64,000 bases of DNA from Methanobacteriota archaeon (GTDB taxonomy: Archaea > Thermoplasmatota > DTKX01 > VGTL01), in NCBI GenBank assembly GCA_016874675.1, contig VGTL01000004.1, forward strand, positions 4,949 through 68,948, given 5' to 3'. The translations under genes were made by a program, and so were the position numbers. This document shows positions 7,429 to 16,363 of this stretch, piece by piece. Each line of letters opens with the position of its first letter. The stretch's first letter is position 1. The notes under the pieces were generated by a model. That model searched no databases, had not been told where the DNA came from, and saw only the letters and a program-made list of their open reading frames with translations.

Positions 7429-10400
7429 TCACCACCTGTCAAACTTCCTCTTGAGCTGGTTGAACTCCACTTCCTTCATCGCCTTGCCGTTGACGTTCAC
7501 CAGGACGGTGGCGCCGCTCACCGAGGCCACCTCGTTTATGGTGTGGATGAACTCCAGCACCTTCTCGATGCCGTGGCCCTGGATGAGCAGCTCCAGGCCG
7601 TCGAGCAGGACGACGGCGTTGGCCCCCTTCTCCTTTATGAACGTGATGATCTTCTCGGCCAGCTCGTACTCCATCTTGGCCGGGTCCAGGGAGGGCGTGT
7701 CCCCGGTCACGTCGGAGAGCCAGAACATCTCCACGTTCTCCATGTCGTAGGATTTGTTGACCTTGTTGGGATGAACCGGCGTGACGAGCATCGCGGAGGC
7801 CCCCTCGGAGGCCATCTTCGAGAGGGTGTTGTAGGCCGTTTCGGGCGTCTCGCGGTCGATGAGGTAGTTGAGGCCCTCCTCGATGACCACCTCGTCCCGG
7901 GTGTGGGTGACGGGCGTGGGCGCGATGAGCGACTGCGGGCCCTCGGGGGCGTGGGGCTCCCCGTCGACCTCGGGCGGCGGTGCCGGCTCCGTCCTGCGGC
8001 GCCGCGAGGCGGCCACCCCCGCGAGCGCCAGGACCATCACGGCCACGAGCGCAAGTATCATGTACGGCGCCCAGTCCACGGCCGGGGCGGGCTTCTCCGG
8101 GTCGGCGACGGTCACGTCGCGGCTGAATATGTCAAGGAGGGCGCCTTCGTCGCGCACCTGCAGGGTGACGCTGTAGGCGCCCTTCGACGAGTAGGAGTGC
8201 GTCACAATCCTGCCGTAGGCGACGGACCCGTCCCCGAAGTTCCAGGTGAAGTTCAGCGTGGCGGGGCTCTCGTCCACCGTCCCGGAGGCGTTGAACTCGA
8301 CCTCCTGGCCCACCGTCGGGTGGGCGGGCAAGCGGGCGAAATGGGCGACCGGGGGCCGGTTGTCCCGGGGGCCGACCCCCACCGTGAGCTGGGCCGTCCC
8401 CGACAGCCCCGACCTGTCCGTCACGGTGAGGCGGACCGTGAACGGCCCGGCGGAGATGTATGTGTGGTGGACCGGGTTCCCGGCGGCGGTGGCGCCGTCG
8501 CCGAGGTCCCAGGCGAAGGTGCAGTTGGCCAGGTCCTCGTCGGTGGAGTTGGAGCCGTCGAACACCACCCCCTCGTTCACGTAGGCGACGTTGAGCTGGG
8601 TGATGTGCGGGAGCGGGGCCTTGTCCTGGCCCTTGACATACACCCGGACCTGCCGGATGTCCAGGCCGGAGAGGCCGCCGCGGTCGGTGACCTTGAGGGA
8701 GAGGGTGTAGTCGCCCTCCCGCTCGTAGGTGTGGACCACCGTCACACCGGAGGCGGCGCCGCCGTCGCCGAAGGTCCAGAAAAACGAGAGCGCGGCCGGG
8801 TCCTCGTCCGTGGAGCCGGCACCGCTGAAGGTGGCGCGCTCGCCGGCGAAGAGGGTGTCCAGCCGGCCGATGACGGCTTCGGGCGGGTAGTTGACCCCCG
8901 TGGACAGTATGTTTATGTCGGCGGCGGCGGTGGAGGTCAGGCCGGCCCTGTCCGTGACGGTGAGCGTCACGCGGTACATGCCCGCCCGGGTGAAGACGTG
9001 CCCGGAGGCAACGGCGGTGGAGTTCAGGCCGTCGCCGAAGTTCCACAGGAAAACGACCGCGTCGGTGGAGGCGCTCCCGTCGAACTGCACGGTGGTGTTG
9101 ACATAGGCCGTCTTGGGAAGGTCAATCCGGGCGACGGGCGGATGCCGGTCGATGCTTACCGTCACCGAGAGCGCCGGTTCGACATTCCCCACGAGGTCCA
9201 CCGAGCGGAAGGCGACCGTGTGGGCACCGTCCTCCTCGAGAAGCAGCGACGACCCTTCCGTGAACTCGCCCCCGTCGAGAGAGAGCTCCGTCCGGGAGAC
9301 GCCGCTCGTGTTGTCCGATGCCGAGAGCGTCAGGTTGACCGGAACGGTGTACCAGCCGTTGGCCCCGTTCGGGGCCGCCGGAAAGGCCGCGGCGGCGGTG
9401 GCGGGCGGCGAGGCGTCCTGGGTGCATTCACGCGGGGTCGAGAAGTTGCCCTGCCGGCCGGCCAGGTCCCGGGCGGCCACGCCGTAGTAGTACGTGACAC
9501 CGTCCTCCAGGCCAGTGAACTCGCAGGTGGTGCCGTTCGTCTCGACGGTCCAAAGCGGGCTGGAGAGGTCCGACGAGTCGTCGCAGCCGGCCAGGAAGCG
9601 GTCGATGCCCGAGAGCGCGTCGGGGGTGAAGTTCCACGCAAGCTGCCGGGTGGAGCCGTTGGCGAACCGGGGCAGCTCCTCTAGCACCGGGGCGTCGGGG
9701 GGTGTGCTGTCGATCTTGATGACGTACCGCGGGCTGACGTTCCAGTTTCCGGCCGCGTCGCTCACGTTGCAGCGGAGCAGGTTGAGCGTCTCGGAGTCCC
9801 GGTCGAAGGGCACCGACCAGGCGGTGACGTTCTCGGCGGAGAGCGAGCCGTTGGGGCCGGTGCAGTTCACGGACGGGGCCGGCGTCCAGTTGCCGCCGCC
9901 GTCCACGGAGTACTCGGCCGACACTTTGCCGGTGTCCAGGCCCGAAAGGTTGTCCGAGACGGCCACCCGGACCGACGGCCGCCGGTCGGCGGAATGCCAG
10001 TCGAGCGGGTAGCGGAGCAGCCACCCCCCGGGCGGGGCGGTGTCGATGCGGACGGTGTAGCTCGGGCTCGTGCCATTGTTGCCGGCCGTATCCCTGATGC
10101 GGAACCGGATTAGGTTGGTGCCGGCCGAGTCGTTGCCGAACGTGACCGAGGCGGCCGTCACGGTCTGGTTGGCGGTGGTCCAGTCGGCGCCGGTGCAGGT
10201 CGCCGGCCTCCAGTTGGACCAGCTGGCGCCGCTGTCGTTGGAGAACTGGTACTCTGCCGACGAGACCCGCAGCCCGGAGCGCCAGTCGCTGACGTTGACC
10301 AAGCAGTCCACCGTGCGCGAGCGGGACCATCCTGCCGGCGCAAAGCCGGTCCAGTTGCCGGGGGCGACGGCGTCGATCGTGGAGTTGCCGGCCGGGTTGT

Positions 10401-10938
10401 AGGCGACGTCGGGCCAGGTCCGATCCGCTATTGTCAGCATGTCAACGCCGATCATGGCGTCGACCCGGTTCCCGTCCGTGGCGTTGTCGGCGATGTCGAG
10501 CGCGATGTAGAACTGCCTGTCCCGGCGCCTCTGGAGGCCGTAGCTGAAGTCGAGCACGACGGGATTTGCGGTTATTGTCGAGTTGGTGCCCAGAAGTATG
10601 TCAGTGGCGCTGTTGAACGTGCCGCCGGCGTTGTTGCTCTCCCGGTAGATGCGGGCTGCCTTTATGTCGGAGAGATTGGTCCCGTTATAGGTCACCCGGG
10701 CCTGGGTGAAGTCCTCATTGTTTGCGTCGTCCCAGAGGGTGAATGTCATCACTGGCACGGATTGTGCCGCTGGCGCGGTGAAGTTGGGGCACAGGTCGGC
10801 CACATCGACCGTGGTGAGGTTGGTGTTCCGTATCGCGGCCGTGGTCTCCGCCACGAGCGGGATCAGGAGGCCGCCGCATAACAGAATCACCGCGACGAAC
10901 GCGGCATCGCCCCTTCCGGAACGCCCCTTCATCTCCAA
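7429..10938 (-). CDS. Exported Ig/FN3/4xPKD protein with TM helix and cytoplasmic DUF835 domain
   Basis: Signal peptide; four W(N/T/D)(F/L)GDG PKD motifs; TM PYMILALVAVMVLALAGVAA; C-terminal MLVTPVHP..FWLS..VLLDGLELL. Confidence 0.85.
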   Translation of the reverse strand: MEMKGRSGRGDAAFVAVILLCGGLLIPLVAETTAAIRNTNLTTVDVADLCPNFTAPAAQSVPVMTFTLWDDANNEDFTQARVTYNGTNLSDIKAARIYRESNNAGGTFNSATDILLGTNSTITANPVVLDFSYGLQRRRDRQFYIALDIADNATDGNRVDAMIGVDMLTIADRTWPDVAYNPAGNSTIDAVAPGNWTGFAPAGWSRSRTVDCLVNVSDWRSGLRVSSAEYQFSNDSGASWSNWRPATCTGADWTTANQTVTAASVTFGNDSAGTNLIRFRIRDTAGNNGTSPSYTVRIDTAPPGGWLLRYPLDWHSADRRPSVRVAVSDNLSGLDTGKVSAEYSVDGGGNWTPAPSVNCTGPNGSLSAENVTAWSVPFDRDSETLNLLRCNVSDAAGNWNVSPRYVIKIDSTPPDAPVLEELPRFANGSTRQLAWNFTPDALSGIDRFLAGCDDSSDLSSPLWTVETNGTTCEFTGLEDGVTYYYGVAARDLAGRQGNFSTPRECTQDASPPATAAAAFPAAPNGANGWYTVPVNLTLSASDNTSGVSRTELSLDGGEFTEGSSLLLEEDGAHTVAFRSVDLVGNVEPALSVTVSIDRHPPVARIDLPKTAYVNTTVQFDGSASTDAVVFLWNFGDGLNSTAVASGHVFTRAGMYRVTLTVTDRAGLTSTAAADINILSTGVNYPPEAVIGRLDTLFAGERATFSGAGSTDEDPAALSFFWTFGDGGAASGVTVVHTYEREGDYTLSLKVTDRGGLSGLDIRQVRVYVKGQDKAPLPHITQLNVAYVNEGVVFDGSNSTDEDLANCTFAWDLGDGATAAGNPVHHTYISAGPFTVRLTVTDRSGLSGTAQLTVGVGPRDNRPPVAHFARLPAHPTVGQEVEFNASGTVDESPATLNFTWNFGDGSVAYGRIVTHSYSSKGAYSVTLQVRDEGALLDIFSRDVTVADPEKPAPAVDWAPYMILALVAVMVLALAGVAASRRRRTEPAPPPEVDGEPHAPEGPQSLIAPTPVTHTRDEVVIEEGLNYLIDRETPETAYNTLSKMASEGASAMLVTPVHPNKVNKSYDMENVEMFWLSDVTGDTPSLDPAKMEYELAEKIITFIKEKGANAVVLLDGLELLIQGHGIEKVLEFIHTINEVASVSGATVLVNVNGKAMKEVEFNQLKRKFDRW

Positions 10939-10965
10939 CCTTCCAGTTCGTATTCCCCTTGATAC

Positions 10966-10972
10966 TTATAAA
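10966..10972 (+). promoter_or_regulatory. TATA-like box upstream of the C/D sRNA
   Basis: TTATAAA about 20-25 nt before the outer stem starting at 10993. Confidence 0.4.
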
Positions 10973-11015
10973 TTGTTCCCAAAAGTCTAATTCCCGGAAA
11001 CCCATGAGGATTTTC

Positions 11016-11078
11016 GCTACGATGATGAGGAACGCATCTCACGCTGACGGATGATGACTGATGGGCGAGCTGAGTAGC
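11016..11078 (+). ncRNA. Box C/D methylation-guide sRNA (double guide)
   Basis: C box ATGATGA 11022-28, D' CTGA 11044-47, C' ATGATGA 11051-57, D CTGA 11070-73, terminal stem GCTAC/GTAGC. Confidence 0.85.
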
Positions 11079-11186
11079 ACCCGGCGAGCTGCCTGCGGCC
11101 GGTGAACCGAACCGTTGGTTTCCGGGGTTCATATGTATATAATATCATAAAATCGGACCCTGATACTTAATAGTTTTCTCTCGCGA

Positions 11187-11415
11187 TGCAACAGAGGGAA
11201 AGGGCAGCAAGGCAGCAGGGCAGCAAGGCAGCAAGGGAAGGCAGGAAGGCAGCAAGGCAGAAAGGCAGCAAGGCAGAAAGGGAGGCAGGAAGGCAGGAAG
11301 GGAGGAAGGCAGGAAGGGAGGCAACAAGGCAACAAGGGAGGAAGGCAGGATGGGTACGGGGATGCGTCCCTTGCTTCCCTCCTGCCCTGCTGCCTTCCTG
11401 CCTTGCTCCCCCTCC
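11187..11415. repeat. Family D palindromic octamer element, (GGCAGCAA/GGCAGGAA)n...(TTGCTGCC/TTCCTGCC)n
   Basis: Long purine arm and shorter inverted arm. Confidence 0.85.
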
Positions 11416-11416
11416 C

Positions 11417-12253
11417 TCACTTGATTTCAGGCAGCCTTCCCGTCGCCTGCGCCCTCCTCGCTATCTCCTTGACCTCGGCCACCGGCTCGGGCCATTTCAT
11501 GGGGAGGGCCTCGAGCGTCTCCACGAGCACCCGGGCGACCGAGAGGTTGCGGTACCACTTCTTGTCCGAGGGCACGATGTACCAGGGGGCCTCCTTCGTG
11601 GAGCATTTCGACAGCGCGTCCTCGTAGGCCTCCATGTACTCGTCCCAGTGGTCCCGCTCCTTGAGGTCCCCGGTGCTGAACTTCCAGTTCTTCTTCGGGT
11701 CCAGCAGGCGCTTCATCATCCGCTCCTCCTGCTCCTTCTTGGAGATGTGGAGGTAGAACTTGCGTATCACGACGTTGTTCTCCGCAAGGTACCTCTCGAA
11801 ATCGTTTATCTGGGAGTAGCGGGCCTTCCAGACCTCCCTGGGGACGAGGTTGTGGACGCGCACGACCAGAACGTCCTCGTAGTGGGAACGGTTGAAGATG
11901 CATATCTCGCCCTTGCGCGGGAGGGATTTGTGTATCCGCCAAAGATAGTCGTGGTCGCGCTCCTCCTCGGAGGGCACCTTGAACGGGACGACCGTGCAGC
12001 CCTGCGGGTTGAATATCGACATCACCGACCGGATGAGGCCGTCCTTGCCCCCGGCGTCCATCGCCTGTATGACGATGAGCAGCGAGTACCGGTTGTCGGC
12101 GTACATCAGCCTTTGCAGGTCGAAGAGCCGGTCCTTGAGCTTGTTCAGCTCGTCCAGGGTGTCCTCCTCGTTTTTGAACTTGCCCGTGAAATCGGGGTCG
12201 TAGTCCTTGAGGTCCACCTTCGTCCCGGCCTCGACTCGAATGTCCTGTCCCAT
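11417..12253 (-). CDS. ppk2: Polyphosphate kinase 2 family protein (class III-like)
   Basis: QAMDAGGKDG, FKVPSEEERDHDYLWR, IFNRSHYEDVL, WKFSTGDLKER; start MGQDIRV. Confidence 0.9.
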   Translation of the reverse strand: MGQDIRVEAGTKVDLKDYDPDFTGKFKNEEDTLDELNKLKDRLFDLQRLMYADNRYSLLIVIQAMDAGGKDGLIRSVMSIFNPQGCTVVPFKVPSEEERDHDYLWRIHKSLPRKGEICIFNRSHYEDVLVVRVHNLVPREVWKARYSQINDFERYLAENNVVIRKFYLHISKKEQEERMMKRLLDPKKNWKFSTGDLKERDHWDEYMEAYEDALSKCSTKEAPWYIVPSDKKWYRNLSVARVLVETLEALPMKWPEPVAEVKEIARRAQATGRLPEIK

Positions 12254-12303
12254 ACGGCGCACCGGGAGATGCAACGGGGTGGGGAAATATGAAATTAATT
12301 GAG

Positions 12304-12435
12304 AAGGCGCATGGCGCGAGGGCCAGGGCGCAAGGAGCAAGCATTGGTCAGGGGATTCATCCCAAGGCCCTGCGCCCTGCGCCCTCCGCCTTGCGCCTTC
12401 TAGCCTTGCGCCTTGCGCCCTGCGCCCTGCGCCTT
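12304..12435. repeat. Family A element overlapping the 3' end of the S8 gene
   Basis: Heptamer arms; S8 stop at 12400-12402 lies inside the right arm. Confidence 0.85.
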
Positions 12436-14745
12436 CCTCCTGCGGTCCCAGAAGTAATAGGCCGCCCCCGCGGCGACGGCGGCGGCCAGGAGGCCCAGGA
12501 TGAGCGGCAGGTTGTCCGGCCTGACGACGGGCTTCGGCGGGGGCTTCTCCTCGACGAGCCGGCTGAAGTCGTAGAAGTGGCGCGGCAGCACCATCGTGAC
12601 AGTGCCGTTGGGGTCGAAGGGCCCGAACTGCCACTGGGCGTAGGCGGCGCGGAGGTCCACCTCCGGGACCCTGATCTCCCCGGAGCCCTGAAACATCGCC
12701 TGGATTCCCAGCGTGTAGTGGACCAGGACCTCGCGGAACTGGTTGAAGACGGGGTTGTCCTTGCCGATCACGGGGAGCTTGAAGTAGGTCCCCTCGACGT
12801 AGAAGTCGACCACGGAGCCGGCGCCCAGAGTGGAGGCCCCGACCTCGTCGTGCTTCCAGCCGGAGTGCTGCCAGCCGCCCTGGCCGCGCCAGTCCATCGA
12901 GCCGTCGCGGTTGGTGTCCACCGCCACGGTGAGCTCGCCGACGGCCTTCTCGCTGCCGATGATCGGGTCGTAGTTGAGGTCGATTATCAGGGTGCTGGCG
13001 TTCTGGGGGACGTACACGGAGCGGGCGTGGCTCGTCACGAGGGTGTTGCGCGCGTCGAGGAGGTACCCCCAGTCGCCCCTCCAGCTCGTCACGAGGCTGC
13101 TCGTGGGATACTTCACATCGCCCGTCTTGTGCAGTCCGCCGGAGCGCTTGAACGCCCGGAACGCCTCCATGACGGTGGCGCAGGCGTCGGCGCGGCGCAT
13201 CTCCTCGAGTACGAGGCTGACCTGGACCGCCCGGCTGGCGTTGATCAGGCCGTAGCCCTGGGCGAAGTCGTGGGGCCGCTCATCGAACTCGGCCGAGCCG
13301 GTGGAGTTGTTGGCGGGGACGCCGTTGCTCTCCGTCGAGGGCATGTAGTCGGAGGTGAGCTTGAGGACGTACTCCGCCTCGGTTATCCGCGTGTTCGGGT
13401 CGGCGTGCCAGGCCGCCTGGTCGCCGGCGTGCTCGGAGTGAACCTCGGAGATGCGCAGGCTGGGGCAGGCCTGCATCATCAGCGCCACGCAGCCGGAGAC
13501 GTGGGGCGTCGCCATGGAGGTGCCGCTGATGGACATGTAGTAGGCATCGACCCGGTCCTCCGGGTTCTGCTTGGTCATCGCGGTTATCTGCGTCCCGCGG
13601 GCCTCGGTGGCCCAGATGCGGACGCCCGGGGCCGCGATGTCGGGCCAGGTGTGGTTGAGGTCCGACTGTCCCCGGGAGCTGAACGAGGCCATCCCGTCGC
13701 CGTCGTGGAGGGCCGCCGCCACCTCGACCACGAAGGGGGCGTTGCCGTAGTTGCTGGTCTGGATGGTGCTTCCGTCCACCCCGCCCGAGTTCCCCGCGGC
13801 GAAGACCACGACCACGCCGTTCTCGAACACGAGCTTGCGGTTTATCTGGGTGATGGAGTCCGCCGGGTCGTACTCGCCGGGACCGGCGCCCCAGGAGTTG
13901 GAGCAAACGCGGATGTTGTCGGGGTTGTTGCCCGGCCGGCTGTGCTCGTAGACCCAGGTCAGGGCGCCCAGGACGTTCTGCAGCCAGTGCTCCCCGGTGG
14001 AGATGGAGACGAGCCGGGCCCCGGGCGCCACACCCCGCCGGGCGCCCGCCGAGGCGTCCCCGTTGCCCAGGATGGTCCCGGCGCAGTGCGTCCCGTGGCC
14101 CGAGCCGGTGTCGGAGTCCTGGACCTCGGTGTAGCTTTGGTCGAAGTCCGACTTGAGGTTGATTATCGTCTTGGAGCCGTAGTCCAGGTCGGGGTGGCCG
14201 GCGTCGCAGCCGGTGTCGACGAGGGCCACGGTGACGCCCGTGCCGTCTATCGGGTCCCTGCTGCCGCCGCCCTGGTACAGTATCTCCGAGTTCCAGACGG
14301 TGGTGGCGTTGATGGTGGTGGTGGTGCCGTTCATCAGGAGCTCCATCCTCTGGTTGTGCTCGATGTAGTAGGTGCCCGGGTGGGCAGAAAGCCACTGCAC
14401 CGCCTCCTTGGGGCCGACCGCGTAGACGGCGTCGAGGGGGGCGAACTCGCGCAGAATCCTCATGTTGAGGTTGGCCAGGAGCTGTCGGGTGCTGTCGCCG
14501 ACCGGGCGCTTGAACTGGATGACCGTCTCGAGGGTCCCGTATCGCGGCGTGCGGTCCATCACGGCCCGGAGGGTCTTGTCCATGACATCGGCCGGCTCGT
14601 ACCTTTGGACCGCCTTCGCCGGGGCGGCCGGGCGGGGCAGCTCCAGGGCCGAGGCCGGGAGCGCCAGGACGAGCAATGCGGCGCCCAGGGCGAACGCCGT
14701 CATTGATGTCCGCTGCCTGCCTCGTGGATGCCAGAGCGCGCCCAT
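12400..14745 (-). CDS. Membrane-anchored subtilisin-like S8 serine protease
   Basis: Catalytic VDTG / HGTHCAG / SGTSMATPH; signal peptide; C-terminal TM; alternative start at 14703. Confidence 0.9.
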   Translation of the reverse strand: MGALWHPRGRQRTSMTAFALGAALLVLALPASALELPRPAAPAKAVQRYEPADVMDKTLRAVMDRTPRYGTLETVIQFKRPVGDSTRQLLANLNMRILREFAPLDAVYAVGPKEAVQWLSAHPGTYYIEHNQRMELLMNGTTTTINATTVWNSEILYQGGGSRDPIDGTGVTVALVDTGCDAGHPDLDYGSKTIINLKSDFDQSYTEVQDSDTGSGHGTHCAGTILGNGDASAGARRGVAPGARLVSISTGEHWLQNVLGALTWVYEHSRPGNNPDNIRVCSNSWGAGPGEYDPADSITQINRKLVFENGVVVVFAAGNSGGVDGSTIQTSNYGNAPFVVEVAAALHDGDGMASFSSRGQSDLNHTWPDIAAPGVRIWATEARGTQITAMTKQNPEDRVDAYYMSISGTSMATPHVSGCVALMMQACPSLRISEVHSEHAGDQAAWHADPNTRITEAEYVLKLTSDYMPSTESNGVPANNSTGSAEFDERPHDFAQGYGLINASRAVQVSLVLEEMRRADACATVMEAFRAFKRSGGLHKTGDVKYPTSSLVTSWRGDWGYLLDARNTLVTSHARSVYVPQNASTLIIDLNYDPIIGSEKAVGELTVAVDTNRDGSMDWRGQGGWQHSGWKHDEVGASTLGAGSVVDFYVEGTYFKLPVIGKDNPVFNQFREVLVHYTLGIQAMFQGSGEIRVPEVDLRAAYAQWQFGPFDPNGTVTMVLPRHFYDFSRLVEEKPPPKPVVRPDNLPLILGLLAAAVAAGAAYYFWDRRRKAQGAGRKAQG

Positions 14746-14826
14746 CCCGTATCCCTGTCCCCTTTGCCCTATTGGGAGGTCCTATCGTGCATTCTTTACT
14801 AATAATTATTGGTAGGTCAATAGGAT

Positions 14827-15011
14827 GCAGGGCGCAGGGCGCAGGGCGCAAGGCAAGGGACGAGGGCGCAAGGGGCAAGGCGCAAGGCGCGAGGGTGGAT
14901 TGGCTGCAATCGGGAAGCCATTTTCCCACACGCCCTTCCTTGAGCCTTGATCCTTCGGCCTTGTGCCGTCCGCCCTCGTCCCTTGCGCCTTGCGCCATGT
15001 GCCTTGCGCCC
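14827..15011. repeat. Family A palindromic element
   Basis: Heptamer arms flanking a unique centre, between divergent genes. Confidence 0.85.
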
Positions 15012-15046
15012 TCATGTTTATTATCCAACCGACCCAATCACCCGCC

Positions 15047-16327
15047 GTGAGAATCCTCCAGCTCTGTACCCGCTTCCCGCCGGCGCCGGGAGGGGTCGAG
15101 ACCCACGTCCTGGAGATATCCAGGAGGATGCGGCTTGCCGGGCACGAGGTTTCGGTGCTCACCTCGGACCTCTATTCGGAGACGCCGCTCGTACGCATGG
15201 AGAAGTGGGAGCGGGAGGTGGAGGGCGTTCCCGTCCGGCGCTTCCGCGCCTACACGCCCGGCGGGGAGGCTCACTACCTGGTCTACCCGTCCATGAAGGC
15301 GGCGCTCATGAAGGCCCCGGCCGAGGTCGTCCACGCCCACTCCTACGGCTACTTCCAGACCAACCTCCTGCCCCTCGTCCGCAAGCTCCGGCGGCTGCCG
15401 ACGGTCCTCACGGCCCACTTCCACCCCGACTGGTCCACCTGGGGCGGGGAGAAGCGCCGGGGGCTGCGCAAGGTATACGATTCAACGCTGGGGAAGGCCG
15501 TGCTCAACAACGTCGATATAGTAATAGCCCACACGCGAGAGGAGATCGGGCTCATGGAGCAGGTCGGGCTGGACACCTCCGGCAACCGGGTCAGGATCGT
15601 CCCGGCCGGCATAGACTTCGCAAAGTACGAGAGGGTCCCGGACGGGGCGCCCTTCCGGGAGCGTTTCGGCATCGGCCAGGACGAGATGGTCGTGCTCTTC
15701 TCTGGCCGGCTGGCCCAGAACAAGGGGCTGGCGGTGCTTGCAGAGGCCGCGCCGGAGGTGCTCCGGTCCTTCCCGCGCGCGCGCTTCGTGCTCGTCGGGC
15801 AGGACATGGGCGTGCGGGAAAAGCTCGAAAAACGGCTGGGGGAGCTCGGCGTCCGGGACCGGTTCCTGTTCACCGGGCATCTAGATGACGATGCCCTGTT
15901 CCGGTCGGCCTACGGCGCCTGCGACGTGTTCGTGCTGCCATCGGAGTACGAGGCGTTCGGGCTCGTCCTGCTGGAGGCGATGGCGTCCGAGAAACCCGTC
16001 GTGGCCAGTGCAGTCGGGGGGATGCCGGAGGTTCTGGGTGCCGGGAGCCGGGTGCCGGGTGCCGGGACGAATCCGGGTGCGGGGGGCAGGGGGCAGGGGG
16101 CCGGACGGAAAGGGGCGGAAGGGACCGTCACGGCGACCGAGTGCGGCCTGCTGGTGGGGTACGAGGACCGGAAGGCGCTGGCGGAGGCCATCTGCCGGCT
16201 TCTCGGCGACGACGGCATGCGGCGGAGGATGGGGGCGGCCGGGCGCGAGCGCGCCCGCCGGGAGTTCAACTGGGACAGCGTCACGGGGCGGATAATCGAT
16301 ATATACCGGGAACTTTCGGGGCATTGA
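15047..16327 (+). CDS. GT4-family glycosyltransferase carrying an in-frame repeat insertion
   Basis: RILQL..RFPPAPGGVE, VHAHS, GRLAQNKG, VLPSEYEAFGLVLLEAMA; GTG start. Confidence 0.9.
   Translation: MRILQLCTRFPPAPGGVETHVLEISRRMRLAGHEVSVLTSDLYSETPLVRMEKWEREVEGVPVRRFRAYTPGGEAHYLVYPSMKAALMKAPAEVVHAHSYGYFQTNLLPLVRKLRRLPTVLTAHFHPDWSTWGGEKRRGLRKVYDSTLGKAVLNNVDIVIAHTREEIGLMEQVGLDTSGNRVRIVPAGIDFAKYERVPDGAPFRERFGIGQDEMVVLFSGRLAQNKGLAVLAEAAPEVLRSFPRARFVLVGQDMGVREKLEKRLGELGVRDRFLFTGHLDDDALFRSAYGACDVFVLPSEYEAFGLVLLEAMASEKPVVASAVGGMPEVLGAGSRVPGAGTNPGAGGRGQGAGRKGAEGTVTATECGLLVGYEDRKALAEAICRLLGDDGMRRRMGAAGRERARREFNWDSVTGRIIDIYRELSGH
16036..16104. repeat. Family B half-element inside the glycosyltransferase CDS
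   Basis: (CCGGGTG/AG)n plus GGGACGAATCCGG core at 16064-16076. Confidence 0.8.
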
Positions 16328-16363
16328 AAAACCTTTTCTACCGCCAGCCCATTTCTCTGCGGA

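Noticed and set aside
11145-11420. ORFs such as MREGEQGRKAAGQEGSK and LPCCLAALL (also near 18179, 23501, 27613, 47001, 57255)
   Set aside because: They are translations of repeat arms; 7/8-mers lack stop codons in several frames.
12289-14706. Long antisense or alternate-frame ORFs (also 33061-36795, 22212-23882, 53744-55474 and others)
   Set aside because: Shadow frames of real GC3-rich genes, with no recognisable motifs.
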